From Babesia bigemina (lineage: Eukaryota), in the NCBI RefSeq assembly GCF_000981445.1, contig NW_012237203.1:1-45585 (forward strand): 45,585 bases of DNA, in the 5' to 3' direction. Below the pieces are notes generated by a model. The model ran no database searches. It was not told the DNA's origin and was given only the letters and a program-made list of their open reading frames with translations. The translations under genes were made by a program, and so were the position numbers. Of the stretch, positions 18,376 through 29,753 are shown piece after piece; the first letter of the stretch is position 1; each line of letters opens with the position of its first letter.

Positions 18376-21245
18376 TGCGCGTTAATTATTCTCCGTACTG
18401 CCAGGTCGATCTTGTCGACATGCGTGATGTCCATAGGGATCACGCCGATGTAGTAGTTGATGACGCTGAGGGCGTACTGGTTGATGGCCATCGAGAGGTT
18501 TTTCCCCGACAGCTTTGACGCAGCCAGTAGCTCCGTTCTCCTGCATATCTCCTGTAGTATTATGTCGAACATTCCGTCGCTTGTCAGTGAGTTTGAAGTC
18601 TCTGTGACTCCCAAGTACTTGTACGTTTCCGGGCCTTCCATCTGCTTGGCGATGCTGGCGCACGCCTCCGTGTTGGTTGCCGACTTGTCGCGGTTGATCC
18701 TGAGTCCTATGTCGTTGAAGAACTTCTCCACTTCTCGGCCCATTCCTCTCATCGTACTTTCCTCGTGGGCGAAGAACTTGAGGTCGTCAATATAGAGAAA
18801 GTGGTTTGTGGCGAATATCCTGCCGCCGGTCACGCTTAACTCCACCTTGGGGAAGATGCGAGTCAGGTGCCTGCTCAGCGGGTCCAAGCACAGCACGAAG
18901 AGAAGGGGCGATAGGCTGTCGCCTTGGAGAATGCCCCTCTCCACTTTCTTGTGCATGATTGTGTTCTTGTTCCACCGTATCTCTATATTCCACCTCTTGA
19001 TCGTCTGCTTGATGAAGTTTGATAACCACCCTGGTAGGTTAAGGTTGTCGATAACCCTTGCCAGGTACGCGTGGTCGATTGAGTCGTACGCCTTCATGAC
19101 GTCGACCCACGTTGCAAGTAACTTCCCCTTGTGCTTCTCGTTGAGCGCGATGTTCGCTAACGCGTGCTCCTTTGCACCCTGTACGTTGCTCCTCGTGCCC
19201 ATCTGGTTCTCGGACCGTAGTCCCCTGCCATCGACTTCTCGCTTAAGCGTCTCCGTTGCACAGCGGGTAGTTAGCTTGTATAGGTTGGACATGCATGTGA
19301 TAGGCCTGTACTGTGCGGCGGACTTTGGTTTCTTGTTCTTCGGTAGTAGGTACGTGATCCCACAGTAGAACCAGTCGTCCTGCACTTTGCCTTGCTGGCA
19401 TGCCTCCTCTACTAGCCTGTAAATGACTCTGTGAAGGGACGTGAGCCATTTAATGTAGTAGTTGTAGATCCCATCCGCACCGGGCGACTTCCAGTCTCGC
19501 AATTTCTTGACGATCGTGACGAATTCCTCGTATGTGGGAAAGCCTGCCTTGTTCTCTGCCGGTGGTCTTTCGACCAGATATCCTTCACCGTTGTGCGGTG
19601 CGTTTGGCTTCACCCACATTTGCGCCCAGTACTCTATCATCATCCCCTCGTTTATCGCCGACTCGTCCGCGTCCTGCTTGTTCTCCAGTGTCCTGTAGAA
19701 GTGTCCCGTGTAGAGCTCGAACATGCGGTTGTCGTTGTACAACTCCTTCTTGAACTTGGCGTTCTTGAGTTTGTCCTGCTCCTTTTGGAGCTCCTCTTGA
19801 GTCCTGCTGATCACGTATGACAGTTCCTGCGGCTTGTCCGCGATCATGTTGTACTTGTCCATTTGGCGATAAACGCGTTTCCTATCCTCCTTCTCCAGGG
19901 GGACCTTCTGCTTGTATTTCAGAAGTAATGCTCCTATCTCCTCCAGCTCCTTGATCCTCCTCTCAGCTGCCTCCTTCTTTCCCGAGGACGACGATGGTTT
20001 TGCGCTGTACTTGTCGTAGCAGTCCTGTGCCGTCTGATACAAGACGGCTAGCATCCCCATGTCAGTGACTGGGTTGTGCTTCACGTAGTTGTGGACCACT
20101 AGATCCAGCGACCTTATCGCCGTGAAGTCGAGGGAGTCCATGGTGTGTCTTTTGTTCTTTACTGTCCTAATCACACCAGGCTCCCTCAACCTCTGTGCCA
20201 TGATCCGGTCGAAATCCTCCTGCAGGGCGTTGTATGAGTCGACGTCGTGCAGCGATGCTATTTCTCCAACGTCCGTCGGTTGGCTCCGCGCTGCTTTGGC
20301 GACTACCTGTCTTGCCATCTGCTCCACCTCCTTGTGGGTCTTGTGGAATTCGAAATGCTCGTTGGCATATTCCGCGAGGACTTTCCATCCTCCTCGTGGC
20401 ATCCTCTGATACTTCGTCACTACTGCCTTGTAGACGTCCGGTACCCAATGACACCATGGTCCATCGATCTGACGCATGACACAGTGCAGGAACTGTAACT
20501 TGGCATTCAGCCTAGCGTAGTTCGGCGGCATTTGTGGCGTGTTCCCGGCCCGTTCAGCCTGCGGGGCGTGCCCTTCGGGTGCCCTCGGCAACGCAGCCGT
20601 CTCAGTGAGCGCCACCTCACTGGCGGTGCCCGGTGCTATACTGTTGTTTGATTCTCTCACAGGCCCGACTTGCTCAGGTTCCTCTTCGTCCACGTCCATA
20701 AAGTCATCCGACGATATGGAATACACGGTCGGAGAGCGGCAGCCACCGTTTCCGACAACCTCCCCTGCCGGTGGCTGCAGGGTAGACAGTGTCTGCACAC
20801 ACACGGGTGCGCGTTCCGAGGAACTCGGCCCGGCGTTGCAAACCACGACAGGCGGCGTTTGAGCCGTGTTTCCTGTCTTTTTGGCCTTCCGGTTGTTACC
20901 CTTTTGGCCCTGGGGACCGCCGTTCCGCGCTTTGTTTCCAGCGCCCTTCACAGCCGGAGTGGTTCCGGGCTGGTGTCGTTTCCGGCTTGCCTGCGGGATT
21001 GGCCGGCTTTCGCCGCCACGGCCGGCCCCCTTCGAATTTGTGGGTTTACCTTTAGGGCCCTGAACACCGCTTTGTACCGGTTTTCTGGATTCATGCCGCC
21101 TTTCGGGTTGCCGACACTCTCGGCGCCCCACGGTGGCAAGCGGAGCATCGATGTCCATCCCATCGGGGACGTCCACGTCAATAACCATGAGGTCTCCGTC
21201 CTCATCGATTTGACTGCTCAGCTGCACTTCTTGTGAGCTCTCCAT
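18376..21245 (-). CDS. N-terminal and reverse transcriptase part of retrotransposon ORF
   Basis: ATG at 21245. Motifs KSPGADGI, YRPITCMSNLYKL, NQMG, WVDVMKAYDSIDH, RGILQGDSLSPLLF, HFLYIDDLK, GLRINRDKS and YKYLG are non-LTR RT motifs in order. Meaningful sequence leaves this frame at ~18376. Confidence 0.93.
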
Positions 21246-21440
21246 TGGTACCTTGTTCGTCTATCCAGCGCGCCTGTGTGGCCGCCTTTCGCCTCGCGAT
21301 GTTGCCGCTTTAATTCCGCACTTTTGGCCTTCAATACACCCCCCAGTGACATCGGAAAATTTTCCTTTCTGTGATAAACCCGAGAAAACACGTTTCTCAA
21401 AGTTTCCCCCAAAATCACAGAAGATTCCAACTCCAACTCC

Positions 21441-21453
21441 GGTGGCGCACTGC
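21441..21453. repeat. Target-site duplication, right copy (GGTGGCGCACTGC)
   Basis: Identical to 17105-17117. Confidence 0.93.
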
Positions 21454-24400
21454 CTTTACGCTATTGTCATACGTGATGTTACTCGGGTACGCGTTCAGGC
21501 ATAATGCATCTGGCGTGACTAGCGTGAACTCATGGTCCTCGCCGGCCTCTGTCGTTTGCTTCTTTGGATCTTCGAATAAGTCACTCATCGTGTCACGCAA
21601 CAACGCATCATACACAGAATTGCACGGCAACCCACACAACCAGCACAGCATTTCGAACACGGAGGATGGCTGTCGCTTCGCCGCGAAGGTGGACTGGTGA
21701 CAGACTTCATAATATGTTTCAAGGCAGTTGTGTAAAGTTTTAAGTGGGCCAGTGTCTTTCTCAGCATCATGATGTTTGTAGACACGGCCATCGTCATTCT
21801 TAACGAGGCTTTTGTAGACATGCCAGCCTAACATACCATCTCCGTGACGCAAGTGACCGTCTTGTTTGTCCTTGGATACGACGTATCCGTTGTTGCCGAG
21901 GAATTGTCCAATTGGTGTCGATTGATGTATCTTGTCGGACCTCCACGTGGTAACGGAGTACTTTCTTACTGTGTTCAGCACATTGTATGACGTCGAAACT
22001 ACGGTCAAGCAGACCTTACTTAACTTGGTTCCGTACGCTGTTAGTTTATCTTTTTCGACGAGCTCAGCACCAAACCTCTCACTGTCGTAGGTCGAGATGT
22101 ACGCATTGTTGAGCTCCGTTGCCGAAGTCGTGAAACCGTTCTTCAGAGCATTGAGAAGCGAAGGGGTATTCCCTTCACCATATAATGAAGGCTTCAATTC
22201 ACTGAGCGTTACTTTCAGCGCCGATAGATTTCGAGAAAACTCGTGATTGAAGTACTCCGAAGTGACAAGATCTCCGAACAACTTAGCCAGCGCGTCACGT
22301 GTTGGCTTAATTTTTTCATAGTCCGTTTTGAAGTCCGGCTGCTTCTCTAGATCATGCAAAAACCTATTTAGGCTTCCAAAGAACTTTGCTGCCGCCTGAC
22401 TCATTGGTGATTTTTCTTGCGCAACGGGCTTAGGATTTATGTCTTTGATGGTCTTGATTGACTTTTCGTGCGTTACGAAGTGCTTCTCAAATTTCTTCAT
22501 GAACCCCTTGTAACCGATGTCCAGATCGTCGGTGATTTCCTTAGGTAGAAGCTCCAACTCCTTCTTGGTTTTTTCCGCAAACTCTAGCAGCATGTCTTGC
22601 ACCGAAGTGACGTAGTTCTTGTTGATCTTGGTGATGAGATCCTTCTGGGCTTCTTCGACGTTTGAGCTGACAAAAGATCCGATCGCTGTGATCGTAGCCT
22701 TACCGGTAGGTTCAGCGCTACTTAGGAAGTAGGTAGCCTTTTTGATGACGTCATTCAACTCTTTGTTACCTAGCTCACTGATTTCATATCTGATTCTATT
22801 AATGCTATCCTTCACATGTTCAGCCTTGTTGAAGAACTTGTCTCTCAAACTGATCAGATTCCCCTTCGCAAATTCGCCGTCACTCTTAACTAACTGACAG
22901 AGGTCATGAAGAGTGGCAGTGACTTTCTCCAATTCCTTTACTGCGTATTCCTTTTCACTGTCGATTTTATTCAAAGCAGACTTAACTTTCTCCCTAATAT
23001 CTTTGATCTTCTCCGGAAGGGTGCCTGCTAGCTGGTCAATGTCACCGCTTAACTTGCCTGGTGTTTGGTCGACGCACGTTGTGTAACCAGTGAATATACT
23101 AGCATCCATCTTCACTTTTGCAGGATCACTTGCTGGATCGCTGTCATCCTTTTTTAACTTCTCCCCAAGGACTCTCGTCACCCCCTCGATCGCGTTGTCG
23201 ACGGCGGCGGCGAACGTTTCTTCTCCATTTGTTTGCCCTTTTTCGTTAACGCCCAATGCCTTCTCCAATTTTCGAACTATCTCTTTTGCTGTTTTATAAG
23301 CGTTATCCACATTCTTAAAACTGCAATCTTTTAAAAGCTTGTCAATTTTTTCAGCGCCACCACGCGCACGTCCGATGAGTAAATTAAATGTAGCTTCCAC
23401 TGTTATTTTAAGATAGTATTCATAAGCTGTTTTGAATGTAGCTGAATCTTGATATCCTAATTTGAGATGTACTTGGTGAGTGAAAGATTCAACATCGCTA
23501 GCTTTCGTTTGTTTTTCAAGCGCCTCAGCCAGCTGCACGAGAAATGACGATGTGTATTTTAGATTCGTATCTATATCGCTGTTGGAGTCTTTCGGCGTCG
23601 GCGGTATTTTAATGCGTTTGACAATGCTAGTAGTAATCTCATTCGTTAGCGCCTTTATAACGTCTTGCAATTTTTCACCATTATTTTTTACATACCAATA
23701 TAGATACGTTCTCACCGGTTCTTTTTCAGCTAGCGTCGACGTCCACATCTTCAAAACCTTCTCCCCGAAAGTATTCTGATTGAACTCATCCAAATAACCC
23801 CTCACTTTGTACACAATTGCCGCCAGACCTGATGGTCTTGTTACATCTTCTCCTGCTTTGCCCCGTATGCCTGCAACTTCACTTTTTATCTGCTGAATAA
23901 CTTTTTCAATCTTCTTATCTTTTTCGGTTACTGCGCTGCCTGGTCTTTCATTTACCGTCTCGTACAACTTCCCAATCGCATCCTTAATCCCCGTCACCTG
24001 CCCCTCCACCGCGTGCTTCACCTTAAACAAATCCCCTTTAAGCGCGTCGTCCATGGATTTCACCTGCGCAAGGGCCTTAGTAACTTCTTCTTTGACGAAT
24101 CTACCAGCGTCCGATCCGGCTCCGTGCAGCATCAGTACGGCAGTGCTAATCTCCCTTACAGCGCCCTCAATTCTATACGGCTTCATACCTGAATCGCCTT
24201 CGTTAACCTCTTTCAGTAGTGATTCAACCTTCTCCAAAGCCGACGTTATAACTATCGTGACTGAGTCAATCCACGTTTGCAGCTCACTTACGTACCCCTT
24301 TAGCTTGCCACTAATGATGTTAAGCTGCTCTAAGATTTTCTGCACCCTCGACTTTAAGTCATTGACAAGTTTATCTATATCTTCACGAACTTTGTTATTT

Positions 24401-25578
24401 ATGCAGTTTTCGACGTTGGAAAATACAGATTTAATCTTTGCTGTCGTTTCCTGCAACTCATTTTGCCGGCTCTCTGCCATTCTATTCATTCGGTCGGTCT
24501 CATACTTAACACTCTTAATGGAATTCTTAACTCTAAGTGATAAGTCATTATTAAGATCATTGATCGCGTTTTTAATTATATTATCGGTATTGTCAATGTT
24601 CAACTGAGTATTAAATTTCGCTGCGTGCTTCTGACATTGTTGAAGCAGCTTGTCGATCTTCTCTACGGCGCTGCTGACCTGGAAGTCCTTGGCTTTAGAA
24701 AGTGTTTCTTGCGGTAGTATCTCGGTTACACTTCTCTTGAACCCTTCATTCACCTGCGAAAGTATGAGAGTCATCGGTTCACTCACCTTTTTATTACTGC
24801 CAGCAACACTCTCATTATACCCCCGCACCCCTTTAACCACACTTTCAATCGCAGCATTAAAACCTTTTTTACCGGCGTGTTTTTTCTCGTTAAGTATGTT
24901 AATTGCTTCAGTAATTTGCTCATTATGCTGCCCTAAATGCTCTTTGATGTTACTGAGAACACCACTCAAAAACGCCACCACCCCGTCACACAGCCTGTCA
25001 AGGTCAGAGTAGACAATCCCAGTGCCGTCGTAGCCTTTGGAAGTTGGATTGAAGCCGAGGAAAGTTTGAAGTCCATCACATAAATTAACTAAGAGATTTT
25101 TAGGCTCATTTTGTTGTTTATTAGAATTAGTCAAAGATCCACAAAGCTTCTCCACTTTCTCCAAAGCCTCCAACTTGGACTGCAATTTGGCTAGCTCAGC
25201 AGAGGAAGAGGGGGAAGGAGAGTTATGATTAAGGTTATTAGGCTTATTAAGTTGCGTAATTTGATAAGTAATTTCGGCAATTTTTTTAGACACTTCAAGT
25301 TGAAGTTGACCAATTACACCGGTGTCATCAGCCTTGCCAGCAGAGTTAACAGACTCAGAAAGCTTAGTAACATGAGAGGAGTAATCATTTTTAAGCTCTT
25401 CATGACTGTTAATTTTAGCGATAATAGCATACATAACGGCTTTCTTAACACTCTCACTTTGACCAACAAATCCTCCAAGTTGACCAGCAAGGTGACCAAG
25501 GCTAATGAGCTTGGAGTCAATGTCATCCAAGGCTCTTCTAGTAGCATCGTCACTAAGAGAATGGTCAGTATCAACAAG
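21441..25578 (-). pseudogene. ves1: 5' part of interrupted ves1-like gene (ves-B)
   Basis: Has the LCDGLQTFLGF...GIVYSDLDRLCDGV block and EMLCWLCGLP. Homology stops at NSVKAVRH, and translation runs 8 codons into the element (RSWSWNLL*). The frame opens after TAA at 25579-25581. Confidence 0.88.
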
Positions 25579-25766
25579 TTATTATAATGGTTTATGGAGG
25601 TCATAGCGTTAATAAGACGAAGTAATTCGAGAGATTTGAAGATAGGGTGAACATGATGGGACTTGGCAGTGGACGAGGTGGAAGATGGGAAGTGAAGGGT
25701 GACAAGGCACAAGTTATTGCTATGGTTTATAGAGGTCATAGCGGTATTATGGCGAGGTAATTCAAG

Positions 25767-27756
25767 GGATGTAGAGTGGGTTAGGGAGCGATGAGGAGAA
25801 GGTTAAGGGGCGATGAGGAGAAGGTTAAGGGGCGATGTAGAGTGGATAAAGGGGCGATGTAGAGTGGGTTAAGGAGCGATGTAGAGTGGGTTAGGGAGCG
25901 ATGTAGAGTGGGTTAAGGGGCGATTAGAGGAGGTTAGGGAGCGATGTAGAGTGGGTTAGGGAGCGATGTAGAGTGGATAAAGGGGCGATGTAGAGTGGGT
26001 TAGGGAGCGATGTAGAGTGGGTTAGGGAGCGATGTAGAGTGGATAAAGGAGCGATGTAGAGTGGATAAAGGAGCGATGTAGAGTGGATAAAGGAGCGATG
26101 TGGAGTGGGTAAAGGGGCGATGTAGAGTGGATAAAGGGGCGATGTAGAGTGGATAAGGGGCGATGTAGAGTGGGTTAGGGAGCGATGTAGAGTGGGTTAG
26201 GGAGCGATGTAGAGTGGATTAGGGAGCGATGTAGAGTGGTTAAGGGGCGATGTAGAGTGGATAAAGGGGCGATGTGGAGTGGGTTAGGGGCGATGTAGAG
26301 TGGATAAAGGAGCGATGTGGAGTGGGTAAAGGGGCGATGTGGAGTGGATAAAGGGGCGATGTGGAGTGGGTTAGGGAGCGATGTAAGGTGGGTTAGGGAG
26401 CGATGTAAGGTGGATAAAGGAGCGATGTGGAGTGGATAAAGGGGCGATGTGGAGTGGGTTAGGGAGCGATGTGGAGTGGATAAAGGAGCGATGTAGAGTG
26501 GGTAAGGGAGCGATGAGGAGTGGATAAAGGAGCGATGTGGAGTGGGTAAAGGGGCGATGTAGAGTGGATAAAGGAGCGATGCGGAGTGGATTAGGGAGCG
26601 ATGTAGAGTGGGTTAAGGAGCGATGTGGAGTGGATAAAGGGGCGATGTAGAGTGGATAAAGGGGCGATGTAGAGTGGGTTAGGGAGCGATGTGGAGTGGG
26701 CTAGGGAGCGATATAGAGTGGGTAGAGGAGCGATGAAGAGTGGGTTAAGGGGCGATGTATAGTGGAGTAAGGGGCGATGTGGAGTGGATAAAGGGGCGAT
26801 GTAAGGTGGGTTAGGGAGCTATGTAGAGTGGGTTAGGGAGCGATGTGGAGTGGATAAGGGAGCGATGTAGAGTGGGTTAAGGGGCGATGTAGAGTGGATA
26901 AAGGAGCGATGTAGAGTGGGTTAGGAGCGATGTGGAGTGGATAAAGGGGCGATGTAGAGTGGATAAAGGGGCGATGTAGAGTGGGTTAGGGAGCGATGTG
27001 GAGTGGGCTAGGGAGCGATATAGAGTGGGTAGAGGAGCGATGAAGAGTGGGTTAAGGGGCGATGTATAGTGGAGTAAGGGGCGATGTGGAGTGGATAAAG
27101 GGGCGATGTAAGGTGGGTTAGGGAGCTATGTAGAGTGGGTTAGGGAGCGATGTGGAGTGGATAAGGGAGCGATGTAGAGTGGGTTAAGGGGCGATGTAGA
27201 GTGGATAAAGGAGCGATGTAGAGTGGGTTAGGGAGCGATGTAGAGTGGGTAAAGGAGCGATGTAGAGTGGGTTAGGGAGCGATGTAGAGTGGGTTAGGGA
27301 GCGATGTAGAGTGGCTAAAGGAGCGATGTAGAGTGGATAAGGGAGCGATGTAGGGTGGGTAAAGGGGCGATGTAGAGTGGATAAGGGGCGATGTTGACTG
27401 GGTTAGGGAGCGATGTAGAGTGGATAAAGGGGCGATGTAGAGTGGATTAGGGAGCGATGTGGAGTGGATAAAGGGGCGATGTAGAGTGGATAAGGGAGCG
27501 ATGTAGAGTGGATTAAGGGGCGATGTAGAGTGGGTTAGGGAGCGATGTAGAGTGGATAAAGGGGCGATGTAGAGTGGATAAAGGGGCGATGAGGAGTGGG
27601 TTAAGGAGCGGTGTAGAGTGGATAAAGGGGCGATGTAGAGTGGATAAAGGGGCGATGAGGAGTGGGTTAAGGAGCGATGTAGGGTGGGTTAGGGAGCGAT
27701 GTAGAGTGGGTTAAGGGGCGGTGTAGAGTGTGTTAGGGAGCGATGTAGAGTGGATA
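25767..27756. repeat. 22-bp minisatellite array 3 (~2.0 kb)
   Basis: Same unit as array 1. Confidence 0.97.
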
Positions 27757-27764
27757 ATAATCAC

Positions 27765-27980
27765 CACTTAGGTCAGGTGCTTGGTCAACACGTTGGTCAT
27801 GGCATTGGTCAACACGTTGGTCACCACTCTGGTCAGCACTTTGGTCATGGCATTGGTCAACACGTTGGTCAACACTTTGGGCAGCACATTGGTCAACACT
27901 TTGGTCAGCACTCTGGTCAGGTGATTGGTCAGCAGTTAGGTCATGGCATTGGTCAGGTGCTTGGTCATCTCACTGGTCAT
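27765..27980. repeat. 12-bp TTGGTCA-core repeat
   Basis: Direct inspection. No 20-bp array at this junction. Confidence 0.88.
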
Positions 27981-28050
27981 GTGATTCGCCATCAACGCAA
28001 TCATTACTGTCTACAACATTAGATGCCAGTTGCCAGTTAGGTGATTGCGA

Positions 28051-28172
28051 TCAGCTGCGCAGTAGATACCGCACCCTGTGGAACGGCCGGATGCGGAAGT
28101 AGACCATGACGCAGACGACGACGATGATGAGGGCCACGGGGGCGATGATGTAAGGGGCGGGGATATGGTCAC
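28051..28172 (-). pseudogene. Duplicate TM/tail fragment of the Cys-rich gene
   Basis: Reads GDHIPAPYIIAPVALIIVVVCVMVYFRIRPFHRVRYLLRS* with no in-frame start. Confidence 0.6.
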
Positions 28173-28256
28173 CTCACTGCTCATGTGATTGATCATCAAC
28201 GCAATGCTTACGTAGTCTAGCACATTAGATGCCAGTTGCCAGTTAGGTGATTGCGA

Positions 28257-28730
28257 TCAGCTGCGCAGTAGATACCGCACCCTGTGGAACGGCCGGATGC
28301 GGAAGTAGATCATGACGCAGATGACGAGGAAGATGAGGGCGACGGCGGCGATGATGTAAGGGAGGACGTTTGTAGATGCTGAATCGGAGGCGATGGCAGC
28401 TGGGTGGTGATTGTCGGAGCGCTGCTGAACATGGGAGGAGGTGGAGGAACCGAGGGCACGGGAGGAAGCAAGGGACTTGGCGGCACGCTGGGCACGAAGA
28501 GAAGTATCATGGCGTTTAGTCCTACAACAGAAACATTGGCATTGTTCTTTGTCACAGTCTCCACATATTGTATCATTGCAATCCCCGAATCCCGTCATGC
28601 GCAAACCAGACAAATGGAGACATGGAAGACATCTCCTTGGCTTACATTTTGCACAACACCAGGGACAGCAATTACACACCACACGCTCTCGACACTGTTT
28701 GCCACAGTTACAGTCCAAGAGTCCGCTCAT
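28257..28730 (-). CDS. Small Cys-rich protein with C-terminal TM anchor (157 aa), paralog of 13129-13599
   Basis: ATG start, 18 Cys in the same spacing pattern, TM PYIIAAVALIFLVICVMIYF and an identical RIRPFHRVRYLLRS tail. Confidence 0.8.
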   Translation of the reverse strand: MSGLLDCNCGKQCRERVVCNCCPWCCAKCKPRRCLPCLHLSGLRMTGFGDCNDTICGDCDKEQCQCFCCRTKRHDTSLRAQRAAKSLASSRALGSSTSSHVQQRSDNHHPAAIASDSASTNVLPYIIAAVALIFLVICVMIYFRIRPFHRVRYLLRS

Positions 28731-28748
28731 CTTCCCGCTCCCCTCCCA

Positions 28749-28905
28749 GTCCCCTCAACCTGCGAACATATCAATCACTCAAGCATCGCACTCACCAACT
28801 GCAACACGTACCACTGCCGCTCCCAGTCCACTCAACCTGCGAACATATCAATCACCTAAGCAGCACTCACCAACTGCAACACTACCACTGCCGCTCCCAG
28901 TACCC
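28749..28905 (-). repeat. Two units of the ~74-bp exon/intron-like repeat
   Basis: Same unit as 13607-14443. Confidence 0.8.
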
Positions 28906-29420
28906 TCATCAACACGCACCCTCACTCCTGTATCCCCCCAGCCCAGGCCACCGACACCCACGCTGCCCAGGATACCACGGCCACGCCTGACGCGACGCAT
29001 GTTATAAGCAACTAACAATCAATTATAATCATTATTCACTCGATGTCTATAAAATTGCAGCGAACCCCGTGCGCTCGACTCCCACAGTGCAGCAGCACCG
29101 TGCTACGAGACGCGGTATCGGCGCCATGCTGGCGGAGCGTGTCGGCTACGTGCCTAAATGTGATACTAACGATCGCTACATTGGCGCCTATAAATGCCAT
29201 TTAACCGGGCCAACGCGGATTACGCCACCGTGCCAGTGACTCGCAACACACGACTTCGGTCACCCGCCGCGGCCTTCACGGCCGCCTACGTTAGCGACCA
29301 ATCACCCAGCCTCACGTGACACTCACTCAATGGGCAACGCGGACGCCTCTCACAGTCAACGCATAACTCAACGCACCAGACAATTAACGTGCCACAACAC
29401 CCACCAAATTACGGTTAATC
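28905..29420 (-). promoter_or_regulatory. Second copy of conserved upstream block
   Basis: Paralogous to 14444-14956. Confidence 0.45.
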
Positions 29421-29606
29421 CGCCAGCTTACCACTTTGCCTGATTGCTAGCTTACCACTTTGCCTGGATGCTAGGTTAACACATTGCCTGGTTGTTAGCT
29501 TACCACGTTGCCCGGCTGCTAGCTTAGCACTTTGCCTGGTTGCTAGCTTAGCACTTAGCCTGGTTGCTAGGTTAGCACTTCGCCTGGTTCCTAGGTTATC
29601 ACTTTG
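29421..29606. repeat. 24-bp minisatellite (~8 copies)
   Basis: Same unit as 14957-15447. Confidence 0.88.
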
Positions 29607-29753
29607 CATTGTCGTTCACTCATCACCTAATTTCAACGCTATTTAGTTCACAGGTTGCCGCTGGAGTAATTCGAGACATTAGACTACGTTTGTCAGTTAG
29701 GTGAGTAGGTGATATGCTAGGTGAGTTACTGTGAATTACAAATGTGACGATGA

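Larger units (their letters stand above)
17118..21440 (-). mobile_element. Full-length-looking non-LTR retrotransposon with restriction-like endonuclease (R4/Dong-like), 4323 bp
   Basis: Bounded by a 13-bp TSD. It has a ~195-nt 5' UTR, RT and RLE coding regions, an 86-nt 3' UTR and no LTRs or terminal inverted repeats. It interrupts the ves-B frame. Confidence 0.93.

Noticed and set aside
17118..21440. Alternative RT classes (group II intron, retron, DGR, LTR element, telomerase)
   Set aside because: The C-terminal CCHC plus PD-(D/E)xK nuclease, the TSD and the absence of LTRs, integrase or a template/variable repeat pair all fit an RLE non-LTR element.
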